Shown: positions 10,085-18,871 of the stretch, in pieces
Position numbering within the stretch: the stretch's first letter is position 1
Layout: the number at the start of each line of letters is the position of its first letter
Source: an uncultured Solirubrobacterales bacterium
GTDB taxonomy: Bacteria > Actinomycetota > Thermoleophilia > Solirubrobacterales > 70-9
Direction of reading: 5' to 3'
DNA length: 64,000 nucleotides
NCBI GenBank assembly: GCA_963846165.1
Contig: CAWJUU010000004.1
Location: forward strand, 8,143 to 72,142
Program-made: the position numbers and the translations under genes
Notes under the pieces: generated by a model
Seen by the model: only the letters and a program-made list of their open reading frames with translations
Databases searched by the model: none
Told to the model about the DNA's origin: nothing

Positions 10085-10888
10085 ATGCAACCTGAGCTCT
10101 CACCCGTCCTCGTGTGCGGGGCCCCGCATTCGGGGACGACGATCCTCTACCGCATGCTCGCCTATCACCCGGATCTGACGTGGTTCTCGCAACTCTCGCT
10201 GGGTAACGGCGAGATCCCCGGCCGCCGCACCCGCCCAGGGGCCGGCCTTCTCGACGTCAAGCTTCGGCGCGTTCCCCACTCGTGGCGGAAGGAAGAGTCC
10301 AGGCTGAGGCGACTCGTGGTCCCACTCCCCAGTGACGAGACGACGATCTGGGAGTACCTGCTGGAGGACGAGAGCACGGACGCCGAACGTGTGCGCTCGT
10401 GCCTGGCGTCGTTCAGCGAGCGCTTCGGCGGTCGCCGGATAGTCGCAAAATGGCCCGAGTTCCACCGATTCCTCGACCTCCTTCACGCTTCCTGTCCCGA
10501 TGCGCTCTATGTCCACATCGTCCGCGATGGCCGCCCGCTCGCCTTCAGCATCCGGGAGAAGTTCGAGCGTCGTCGGCTCGAGCCTCACGACGCCCTCCTC
10601 GCCGCCGCCCATCACTGGGTCGAAGTGCTCGAGAGCGTCCGCGCCGCACGGGGGATCGATCTGCTCGAGGTCCGCTACGAGGACTTCTGCGAGGACGTCC
10701 ATGGGGTGATTCGGAACATCCTCAGCCGCGGCCGCCTGGACGCCGAGCGGTTTCCCTTCCGGCGCTGCCCGCCGACGCTCTCGGCCCGAACCAACACGCG
10801 GTGGATCGACGAAGCTTCGCCTGAGGAGCTCACCCAGGTGTCCGAGATTCAGCACGACCACCTCGTCGAGTACGGGTACTCGGCGTGA
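10085..10888 (+). CDS. sulfotransferase (ST4)
   Basis: Intact 267-aa ORF with VLVCGAPHSGTTILYRMLAYHP and VHIVRDGRPLAFS. Confidence 0.8.
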   Translation: MQPELSPVLVCGAPHSGTTILYRMLAYHPDLTWFSQLSLGNGEIPGRRTRPGAGLLDVKLRRVPHSWRKEESRLRRLVVPLPSDETTIWEYLLEDESTDAERVRSCLASFSERFGGRRIVAKWPEFHRFLDLLHASCPDALYVHIVRDGRPLAFSIREKFERRRLEPHDALLAAAHHWVEVLESVRAARGIDLLEVRYEDFCEDVHGVIRNILSRGRLDAERFPFRRCPPTLSARTNTRWIDEASPEELTQVSEIQHDHLVEYGYSA

Positions 10889-12419
10889 GCGCATGGTTGT
10901 CCTCCGCTCCGGGTGCGGAGGTCGCTGACGTCATCCGCGCGATCGCAGCCAGGGCGCCGATGAACAGGGCGGGGACTACCGTGTCAACCTGGCCACCGAA
11001 GAGGGGATTGTCGTTGCTCCAGATGATCACGAGCAGCAGGCCGAGGCTCATCGTCCACGCCTGGGGCCAGAGTTCGTGCTCTCGGCCGATGCGGCGAAGG
11101 AGCGCTCGCACTCGCAGGGCTACGATGACGATCAGCGCGACGAGGAGGGCGAACCCGACGAGGCCCAGGTCGGCGAGGATCTGAACGTAGGTGTTGTGGA
11201 CGGAGCCCGGCTTCACGTCCGGGTAGAAGATCGGACGGGCATCGGGAAACCGGCGCCGCACCTCGATTGCAATTTCCCGATCGCCGATCACTTGCGGCGC
11301 GCTGCTCTGCCGCCAGCCCGCCCCGACGATGGGATTGCGCTCGAAGATCTCGAGCCCCGCCGCCCCCAGGATGATGCGCTGGGCCGCGGAGCTGTTCCTG
11401 AACGACTCCGAGGACGGGGACACCTCCGGCCGCAGGAACTGAACCGCGCTGAAGACCAGGACCCCGGCCAGAGCCACCGCGAGCACCGCGCGCGTGGCGC
11501 GGTGTGGGGCGGCAGCGGGGGACCTGCTCGCGAGGCTCGCTCCGAGCGCGAGAACGAACCCGGTCGCCACGAGTGAGGCCACGGACTTTGTGAGCAGGAG
11601 GCCCAGCAGTCCGGTCGCCCCCAGCGCAACTCTGTAGGGGGCCTTCGACGTCACTGCGCCGAATGCGGCGATCAGCAGCAGTAGACCCGAGACCAAGCCG
11701 AGCGCGTTCGGGCCCAAGGAACCTCCAGATCGGTCCGTCAGCAAGCTTCCTCCGCTGAGCGCGCCGTCGGCGACCGCGACCACACCCGCGGCGGCTACGG
11801 CGCCCAGGATCAGACGGATGTCGCCCTTCGTCTCGATCAGGCTCGCGGCGAGCCACGCGAGTGAGGCCGTCTGGACCAGGCGCAGCCAAGAGACGAAGGC
11901 GCTTCCAACAGCGCCCGAGTCGGAGGTCGCGACCGTGACGAGCGTCAACCCTGCGTAGGCGAGAAAAACAATCGCGATGGCCTGTCCGAAAGCAATCCGC
12001 GGCCGTTCGTCTGGCACGCTCCGCCCCGCGCGCTCGACGACTCCCACGAGCCACCAGGCGACCGCTCCCAGGTAGAAGACGTCGGCCAGATTCACGTCCA
12101 CGTCCCCGAATTGGCCGAACACCGGGAGAAAGCCGGTGATCGTCAGCGCTCCGATCGCCGCCAGGCAGGTCTGCGGGCCGGTCATGATCAAGGCGGCGCA
12201 CACCAGGCCCCCGACGGTCAGCACCACGGCCGAATCCAGGGCCAGGCCGAATCCGTTGAACCGGGCAACCGCCCAGCCGAGGACGAGGGCAAGCGCGGCC
12301 AAGCCGGCGAGCAGGGGCAGATCGGCCGAGGCGCCCCCGGGCCACGGCGTTCGTGAGCGAGTCACGATCGGCGAGGGCCGGGGCGTCAGCTCGGGTGCTT
12401 GTCCGCCACGAGCTTTCAC
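10830..12419 (-). CDS. wzy: O-antigen ligase/polymerase family membrane protein (Wzy-like)
   Basis: More than 10 predicted TM helices. Wzy_C-like SVHNTYVQILADLGLVGFALLVALIV. Start uncertain. Confidence 0.7.
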   Translation of the reverse strand: MKARGGQAPELTPRPSPIVTRSRTPWPGGASADLPLLAGLAALALVLGWAVARFNGFGLALDSAVVLTVGGLVCAALIMTGPQTCLAAIGALTITGFLPVFGQFGDVDVNLADVFYLGAVAWWLVGVVERAGRSVPDERPRIAFGQAIAIVFLAYAGLTLVTVATSDSGAVGSAFVSWLRLVQTASLAWLAASLIETKGDIRLILGAVAAAGVVAVADGALSGGSLLTDRSGGSLGPNALGLVSGLLLLIAAFGAVTSKAPYRVALGATGLLGLLLTKSVASLVATGFVLALGASLASRSPAAAPHRATRAVLAVALAGVLVFSAVQFLRPEVSPSSESFRNSSAAQRIILGAAGLEIFERNPIVGAGWRQSSAPQVIGDREIAIEVRRRFPDARPIFYPDVKPGSVHNTYVQILADLGLVGFALLVALIVIVALRVRALLRRIGREHELWPQAWTMSLGLLLVIIWSNDNPLFGGQVDTVVPALFIGALAAIARMTSATSAPGAEDNHALTPSTRTRRGGRAESRTPG

Positions 12420-12532
12420 CGAGTCGTGACGATAGTCGGCCGGTGCCTGGGATTCCTGGCTCCTACGCGGCGCGCGCGATGCAGTGCAATTCGGCCTTGC
12501 CGCGCCCTGCTCGCCAAGCTAGGGCACCATCG

Positions 12533-13975
12533 TCAGTAGCCTGCGCTCAGATTTCCGGGTCGCAGTCCGGGTGCTCTTTTCTCCGGGGGCAGGCGTTCCG
12601 CTTCGTCGAGAAGCCGGTTCGCCACGAAGTACAGGGGCACTTGGGTCGCAACGTACGTGAATGAGACCGCGATCGCGGCCCCCGTGGCTTCGAAGCGGGC
12701 CAGGAGCGCGATCCCAGAAATCAGGAGGACCGCGAACGCCACCTCGTATGCGGTCTGTAGGCCGGGACGGCCGATTGCCGGGAAAAACATCTTCGCCCAG
12801 GCCAGGGCCAGGTGGACGACCGTCGCGACCAGGAGGATGCGCGCGGGGCCAATCGCGTCCTCGAATTGATCCGAGTAGAAGGCTGGCAGAAGCACGGGGA
12901 GGAGGAACCATCCGGCAACGGCTGCCGGCAGCGCGATCGCCAACCCAATCCGTGTTGCGCCCCTGATGGTCGTGCGAAGACCGTCGATATCGCCTTCAGA
13001 CGCCTGGCGCGCCTGTTCGGGAAACAGCAAGAGCCGCAGTGGCGCGGTGGCGAGGCTGGCAACGGTGAACGGAAACAAGGCCACCGAGAAGATGCCTACC
13101 GTTTGCGCACCCGCCAGCGATCCGAGAATCACCGGCGCCGCCGACCGCTGCGCACCCTGGACGCTCGTTGCGACGCTCGAGAAGATGCCGAATGAGCGCA
13201 GCTTTCCCAGCCACTCGCGTGCGCCCTCTTGCGGCTCCGCGCGATCCCACTTGCTCCATCCGACGCGCCAGGCGAGCCCACCTTGAATCAAGGCCCCGGC
13301 GAAAGCAGCAGCCGCATACGCGACCAAGACCTCCTGCGGACCCCCGACGCCAACCGCCCAGAGCACTCCGATGAGGCGCAGGACGCTGGTCCCGAACATC
13401 ACCCAAGCGCGCAGTTCGCGGCGCTTTGCCAGCAGCAGCACCGCTCCTGTCGTCCCGTCGACAGTTTGGGCGAAAGCGATCACGACGGCGATTCGGACCA
13501 GAGATGCATCGGCCTCCCCGCTGCCGAGGAGGTCGCTCAGCGGGCCGGCGAGACCCAGAATCAACGCCCCGACCGCCAGGCCGATCCCCAGGTCCACCGC
13601 GAACGCGATCCGCAGCAGCGTTCGCAAGCCGCCGAAGTCCTTCGCCGTGAGCGCGCGATAGCCATGATGGACGACCGCCTGCTCCAGGGTCAGGTCGAGG
13701 AGAGTCGCGATCAGGGTGACAACGGCGATCGCCAGCACGACGGATCCGTAACCGTCCGGGCCGAGCTCCCGGGCAGCCACGATGCCTGTGATCAGCGCGA
13801 CTGCCGCGGCTGCCCAGATCGCGATCGAGGCGGACCCGGCGCGTCGCCACCACGTCCTATCCGTCCAAAAGGCAGGCTCTTGAACGTCTGGCCAGCCAAG
13901 CTCTGAGCCGGCGCTCAGGCCCCCTCCGGGATCTTCGACCGGTGGGCGGTCTTTCGGAACCCGTGGTCGCCTCAC
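12533..13975 (-). CDS. wzx: polysaccharide/oligosaccharide flippase (Wzx, MOP superfamily)
   Basis: 480 aa and polytopic, with the typical lipopolysaccharide-biosynthesis-protein architecture. It sits next to wzy. Confidence 0.7.
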   Translation of the reverse strand: MRRPRVPKDRPPVEDPGGGLSAGSELGWPDVQEPAFWTDRTWWRRAGSASIAIWAAAAVALITGIVAARELGPDGYGSVVLAIAVVTLIATLLDLTLEQAVVHHGYRALTAKDFGGLRTLLRIAFAVDLGIGLAVGALILGLAGPLSDLLGSGEADASLVRIAVVIAFAQTVDGTTGAVLLLAKRRELRAWVMFGTSVLRLIGVLWAVGVGGPQEVLVAYAAAAFAGALIQGGLAWRVGWSKWDRAEPQEGAREWLGKLRSFGIFSSVATSVQGAQRSAAPVILGSLAGAQTVGIFSVALFPFTVASLATAPLRLLLFPEQARQASEGDIDGLRTTIRGATRIGLAIALPAAVAGWFLLPVLLPAFYSDQFEDAIGPARILLVATVVHLALAWAKMFFPAIGRPGLQTAYEVAFAVLLISGIALLARFEATGAAIAVSFTYVATQVPLYFVANRLLDEAERLPPEKRAPGLRPGNLSAGY

Positions 13976-14080
13976 GCCCGAGCGACGGGGCAGGCTCTGA
14001 CTCGTCCGCGCACGCTATCCACCGGGCTGGGGGGACCGGCTCCAGGAGGCAGTGTCACTCCCCTACTATGCCGAAGTTCG

Positions 14081-15637
14081 GTGTCGATCACGGCAATACT
14101 GGGGGATGGCACGGTGCCGGAACGGCCTGCAGCAGACCCAAATCGCCCACTGAGCGTGGTCGGCCTTCTTCGCCGGCGCTTTCTCGTGATCCTGATTCCG
14201 GCGCTCCTCGTCCCAGGGGTGGCGCTTGCGTTGACCCTCCAGCAGGAGAAGCAATACGAGGCTTCGACCTCCCTGCTCTTCCGCGACTCGGGGCTCGGCT
14301 CCACGGTGCTCGCCTCCGCGGACCCCGATCGTGAGGCGGCGACCAACCTGCGCCTGCTGCAGCTCGACGCGCTCGAGAGCAAGGTCAATGCCGACCGTAA
14401 TCATCCGTTCCCGGGCGACGTCGACGTGGTCACCGAAGCGGAGTCCAATCTGGCGACGATCACCGCGACCGATACCAAGCCCAGGCGCGCCGCCCGCATG
14501 GCGGATGCGTTCGCCCAGGAGTACATAGCGCTCCGCGAGAAAGCAGTTGACCGCGAGATCGAGCTGGAGCGAACGGCGGTTAACGAAGAGCTTTCACAGA
14601 TTCCGCTCACGACCCAACCCGGGGGGGCCCAGCTGGGGCAGGGAGGACTGAAGCGCCGGGGCCGGCGGGCGGAGGCGCTCAAAGAGCGCCTGAAGGAACT
14701 CACCATCGCCGGGGTGGCCCCAATCGGCGTCCGCCAGGTCCAGCGGGCCGAGGTCCCTTCGTCCGCAGTATCGCCGGACCCGGTCCGCAACACGGTGGTC
14801 GGTGCCATCCTCGGCCTCGCGCTTGGGATCGGGTTCGCGATCTGGCTCGAGCGGCGTGACACACGCATGAGGGATGCTCGCGATCTCGAGGCCGCGTTTG
14901 GGCAGCCGATCCTCGGCCGGATTCCCCAGAGCCGCAAGCTTGCCAAGTCGAGCCCGGGCACCGGCGCCCTCGCATCACCGGAGGAGGAGGCCTTCCGCAC
15001 GCTGCGGGCCAACCTTCGGCACGTTCTGCAAGAAGGGGCACGATCGGTGCTGGTGACTTCCGCCAATCCGGGCGAGGGCAAGACGACCGTCGCCTGGAAT
15101 CTGGCCCGCGCCGAAGCGGCGTCTGGAGCCAAGGTGCTGATGGTTGAGGCGGACATGCGGCGTCCGGTTCTCGCCCGCAGCCTCGGCGCTGTCGGGGCGC
15201 CGGGGCTGAGTCAGCTGCTGACTGCGGAAGGCCGCCTCGAGGACTTGGTCCAGTCGATCGGGTTCGAGGAAAGTGAGAACGGCAACGCTTCGACGGGGAG
15301 GGTCGATGTGTTGCTCGCGGGGACTCCACCCTCCAATCCGGCGGAGCTGCTGGACTCGGACCGGATGCAGGCCGTGCTCGAAACGATGCCCGAAGCCTAC
15401 GACCTGGTCGTGCTCGACACTCCGCCTGCCTCCGTCGTCTCGGACGTGATCCCGATGTTCGAGTCAGTTGGCGGCGTGGTGGTCGTCGGCCGTTTGGGTA
15501 TGACCACATACGAGTCGATCAGAGAGCTTCGCGACCAGCTCGAGAATCTCGACGCGCCGTTGCTTGGGGTGGTCGTCAACTCCGATCTGACGAACGTCAA
15601 TGCCGCGAAGTACTCCTACGCGGCTACGACGAGTTGA
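14081..15637 (+). CDS. polysaccharide co-polymerase (Wzz-like) fused to a BY-kinase
   Basis: N-terminal TM + Wzz region, second TM, then Walker A SANPGEGKTTVAWNLA, A' VLMVEADMRRP and B DLVVLDTPP. The C-terminal tail has a short KYSY. Confidence 0.85.
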   Translation: MSITAILGDGTVPERPAADPNRPLSVVGLLRRRFLVILIPALLVPGVALALTLQQEKQYEASTSLLFRDSGLGSTVLASADPDREAATNLRLLQLDALESKVNADRNHPFPGDVDVVTEAESNLATITATDTKPRRAARMADAFAQEYIALREKAVDREIELERTAVNEELSQIPLTTQPGGAQLGQGGLKRRGRRAEALKERLKELTIAGVAPIGVRQVQRAEVPSSAVSPDPVRNTVVGAILGLALGIGFAIWLERRDTRMRDARDLEAAFGQPILGRIPQSRKLAKSSPGTGALASPEEEAFRTLRANLRHVLQEGARSVLVTSANPGEGKTTVAWNLARAEAASGAKVLMVEADMRRPVLARSLGAVGAPGLSQLLTAEGRLEDLVQSIGFEESENGNASTGRVDVLLAGTPPSNPAELLDSDRMQAVLETMPEAYDLVVLDTPPASVVSDVIPMFESVGGVVVVGRLGMTTYESIRELRDQLENLDAPLLGVVVNSDLTNVNAAKYSYAATTS

Positions 15638-15700
15638 GCCGCGAAGCTGGAATTCAACAGTTCGCGCTTTCGCGGGTTACGAGCCGGGCGCCTCGCTCGG

Positions 15701-16168
15701 TTAGGGCTCGAACGGCGGTGCCTCACCCCAGCCCCAGCGGGGAACGGGCGCGTGCTCGGCCACCTCGGCGTCGGCCTGCGAGTTGGCGAGCGCGAGGCGC
15801 GTGGCCCATTCGACGTAGGCGACGAATGCCGAGCGGAACTCCGGGTCGTCGGGGAGTGAGGCGTCGTCGGCCGCGAGGCTCATCAGCGAGGCGAAGCGGA
15901 ACCGCTGCTCTGGGGTGATCTCGAGCCCGCGATGGTGGGCGAGCATGCTCTCGTAGCCGCCGAGCTCGTCGCTGTAGCGCGTCGGGCCGCCGAAGACCTC
16001 GCACCACCACGCGGTGACGTGAGCGCGGTGTTCCTCGTGGACGCCGCCGGGGAACAGCGGCGCCAGCAGATCGTCGCCCTCGACCCGGTCGTAGAAGGCG
16101 TCGATCAGCCGTCGCAGGGCGGCCTCACCCCCCGCCCACTCGTACAGTGTCGGCGGCGGGGCGGCCAC
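15701..16168 (-). CDS. glbO: group II truncated haemoglobin (trHbO-like)
   Basis: TLYEWAGGEAALRRLIDAFYDRV...HVTAWWCEVFGGPTRYS...MLAHHRGLEI. Confidence 0.8.
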   Translation of the reverse strand: MAAPPPTLYEWAGGEAALRRLIDAFYDRVEGDDLLAPLFPGGVHEEHRAHVTAWWCEVFGGPTRYSDELGGYESMLAHHRGLEITPEQRFRFASLMSLAADDASLPDDPEFRSAFVAYVEWATRLALANSQADAEVAEHAPVPRWGWGEAPPFEP

Positions 16169-16169
16169 C

Positions 16170-17639
16170 TCAGACGTTGATCGCCACGTACTTGGTCTCG
16201 AGGAACTCGTCGATCCCCTCGTTGCCGCCCTCGCGGCCGATCCCCGACTGCTTGACGCCGCCGAACGGCGCGCCGGCGTTCGAGACCATGCCCTGGTTGA
16301 GGCCGATCATGCCCGGTCTCGAGGCCCTCGCAGACTCGAATCGCGCGCTTGATGTCGCGGGTGAAGACGTAGGCGACGAGCCCGTACTCGGTGTCGTTGG
16401 CGGCGGCGATCGCCTCCTCCTCGGAGCCGAAGGAAGCCACCGGTGCGACCGGCCCGAAGATCTCCTCGTCGAGCACTCGGGCGCCCTCGGTGACGCCGCC
16501 GAGCACCGTCGGCTCGAAGAAGTAGCCGGCGCCGTCGACAGCGGAGCCGCCGACGAGCACGTTCGCGCCCTTGGCCTTCGCGTCGTCGACCAGCTCGGCG
16601 ACCTTCTGCCGCTGCGTCGGAGTCGATCAGCGGGCCGATCTCGACGCCGTCCTCGGTCCCGCGGCCCAGCTTGAGCTTGCCCATCCGCTCGGCCAGCCGC
16701 TCGGCGAACTCCTCGGCGAGCGAGTCGGCGACGTGGAAGCGGTTCGCCGACGTGCAGGCCTCGCCGATGTTGCGCATCTTGGCCAGCATCGCGCCGTCGA
16801 GCGCCGCGTCGAGGTCGGCGTCGTCGAAGATCAGGAACGGGGCGTTGCCGCCGAGCTCCATCGAGACCTTGAGCACGTTGGGGGCCGCCTGGGCGATCAG
16901 CTTGCGCCCGACCTCGGTCGAGCCGGTGAACGAGAGCTTGCGCAGCCGCGGGTCGCCGATGATCGGCTCCGAGATCGCACTCGACGAGGAGCCGGTGATC
17001 ACGTTCAGCACCCCCGGCGGCAGCCCGGCCTCGGTGAGCAGCTCGGCGAGCGCCAGCATCGAGAGCGGCGTCTGCTGGGCGGGCTTGACCACCATCGTGC
17101 AGCCGGCGGCGATCGCCGGGCCGATCTTCCGCGTCCCCATCGCGTTGGGGAAGTTCCACGGCGTGATGAAGTAGCTGGGGCCGATCGGCTGCCGCATCAC
17201 CAGCACCCGCGACGCGGCGTTGCCGGCGATCTTGTAGTAGCCGTCGATCCGCAGCGCCTCGCCCGAGAACCAGCGAAAGAACTCGGCCGCGTAGATGATC
17301 TCGGCCTTCGACTCGGCCACCGACTTGCCCATCTCGAGCGTCATCAGCAGCGCCAGCTCGTCGGCGCGCTCGCTCAGCAGCTCGAACGCGCGGTAGAGGA
17401 TCTCCGAGCGCTCGTTCGGCGGGCTGGTGGCCCAGGCGGGCTGCGCCTCGCAGGCGGCATCGAGCGCCGCCGTGGCGTCGCTCGGGCGTCGCGTCGGCGA
17501 CCTCGCTGAAGGCCTCGCCGGTGGCGGGGTCCTCGACCGCGAGCGTCGCGCCGCCGGTCGCGTCGCGCCACTCGCCGCCGATGAAGAGCTGTCTCGGCGC
17601 CGCCTCGACGGCCGATCGTTCCTGCGTTTCGGTGCTCAT
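16170..17639 (-). pseudogene. gabD: succinate-semialdehyde dehydrogenase, three frameshifts (near 17485, 16625, 16310)
   Basis: The N-terminus ([15 protein letters not shown]), core ([37 protein letters not shown]), EEIFGPV and C-terminus ([13 protein letters not shown]) lie in three different frames in order. Confidence 0.8.
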
Positions 17640-17752
17640 CCGACCTCCCTTTCGATCTCGGTCGCAGCGTAGCGCCCGGCCTCGGGATGCTGCGGGGAGC
17701 GCGACTTCCGCACCCCCTAGGCTGTTGAACCCTCAGGGGGGAACGCGGACCA

Positions 17753-18838
17753 ATGCACCTCGCCACGCGCACAGCCACGACCCTGCTCGCGACCGCCGCG
17801 CTGCTCGCGCCGGCGGCGGCCGATGGATCGTGGACGATCAAGGGCCGCGGCTTCGGCCACGGAGTCGGCCTCTCGCAGTACGGGGCCTTCGGCTTCGCCG
17901 AGCACGGCCGCAACTACAAGCAGATCCTCGACCACTACTACAAGCACACCAAGGTCGGTAAGGCCGGGGGCGAGAACGTTCGCGTGCTGCTCGGGTCGGG
18001 CGGCGGCTCGGTGGGATTCACGGGGGCTTCCCGCGCCTGCGGTGAGGGGATCGATCCCGATCGCGACTACTCCTTCGCGGCCGAGGGCGGCGGCGTCGTG
18101 CTGCGCGGCGGCGGCGGCAAGATCAAGGGCTGCGGCAACGAGGGCAAGGCGGGCAGCTCGCTGCGCATCGACGGCTTCGGGCGCTACCGCGGCAGCCTCG
18201 TCGCCCGCAACGACGACGGCTCGCTGCTGGTCATCAACCAGCTCGGGCTCGAGGGCTACGTCAAGGGCGTGGTCCCGAACGAGGTCCCGTCGTCGTGGCC
18301 CAAGCAGGCGCTTGCGGCCCAGGCCGTGGTCGCGCGCTCCTACGGCGTCGCAACCTCCCGCGGCGGGGCCTTCGACCACTACGCCGACACCCGCAGCCAG
18401 GTCTACGGCGGCAAGGCCTCCGAGACGAGCGCGACCAACAAGGCGGTCTCGCAGACCAAGCGCGAGGTCGTCGAGCACAACGGCGAGACCGCGGTCACCT
18501 ACTACTTCTCGACCTCCGGCGGCCAGACCGAGAATTCGGAGTTCGGGTTCTCGGGCGGCAGCAAGGTCCCCTACCTGAAGTCGGTCGACGATCCCTACGA
18601 CGACGCCTCGCCGGTCCACACATGGACCATGAGGCTCTCCGACGACGAGATCGAGTCCGAGCTCACCGGCCTCTTCCAGGGCAAGCTGAAGAAGGTCGAC
18701 GTGACCGAGCGCGGCAAGTCACCGCGGATCGTCCGCGCCCGCGTCGTCGGCTCCAACGGCTCCACCAGCGTCACCGGCGACACGCTGCGCGCCCGCCTCG
18801 GCCTGCGCTCGACCTGGGCGCGCTTCACGCACCGCTAG
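17753..18838 (+). CDS. SpoIID/LytB domain protein
   Basis: Signal peptide, then GRGFGHGVGLSQYGAFGFA and YYFSTSGGQTENSEFGF. Confidence 0.85.
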   Translation: MHLATRTATTLLATAALLAPAAADGSWTIKGRGFGHGVGLSQYGAFGFAEHGRNYKQILDHYYKHTKVGKAGGENVRVLLGSGGGSVGFTGASRACGEGIDPDRDYSFAAEGGGVVLRGGGGKIKGCGNEGKAGSSLRIDGFGRYRGSLVARNDDGSLLVINQLGLEGYVKGVVPNEVPSSWPKQALAAQAVVARSYGVATSRGGAFDHYADTRSQVYGGKASETSATNKAVSQTKREVVEHNGETAVTYYFSTSGGQTENSEFGFSGGSKVPYLKSVDDPYDDASPVHTWTMRLSDDEIESELTGLFQGKLKKVDVTERGKSPRIVRARVVGSNGSTSVTGDTLRARLGLRSTWARFTHR

Positions 18839-18845
18839 ACGTGGC

Positions 18846-18871
18846 GCGCACCGACCGAACAGGCGGTGCGC
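18846..18871. terminator. GC-rich hairpin between convergent genes (possible bidirectional terminator)
   Basis: GCGCACCG (18846-53) pairs perfectly with CGGTGCGC (18864-71) around a 10-nt loop. There is no U-tract. Confidence 0.35.

Noticed and set aside
10984-12345. 453-aa ORF on the - strand overlapping wzy in another frame
   Set aside because: Its composition (R, G, P, A runs) is typical of alternative frames in high-GC DNA. The co-located frame encodes a coherent polytopic Wzy-like protein.
17640-17752. Possible riboswitch or leader upstream of the SpoIID gene (cell-wall genes in actinobacteria often carry c-di-AMP riboswitches)
   Set aside because: The region is only about 110 nt, shared with the divergent gabD promoter. 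I could not recognise the conserved ydaO-type motifs, and this is not supportable without a covariance-model scan.
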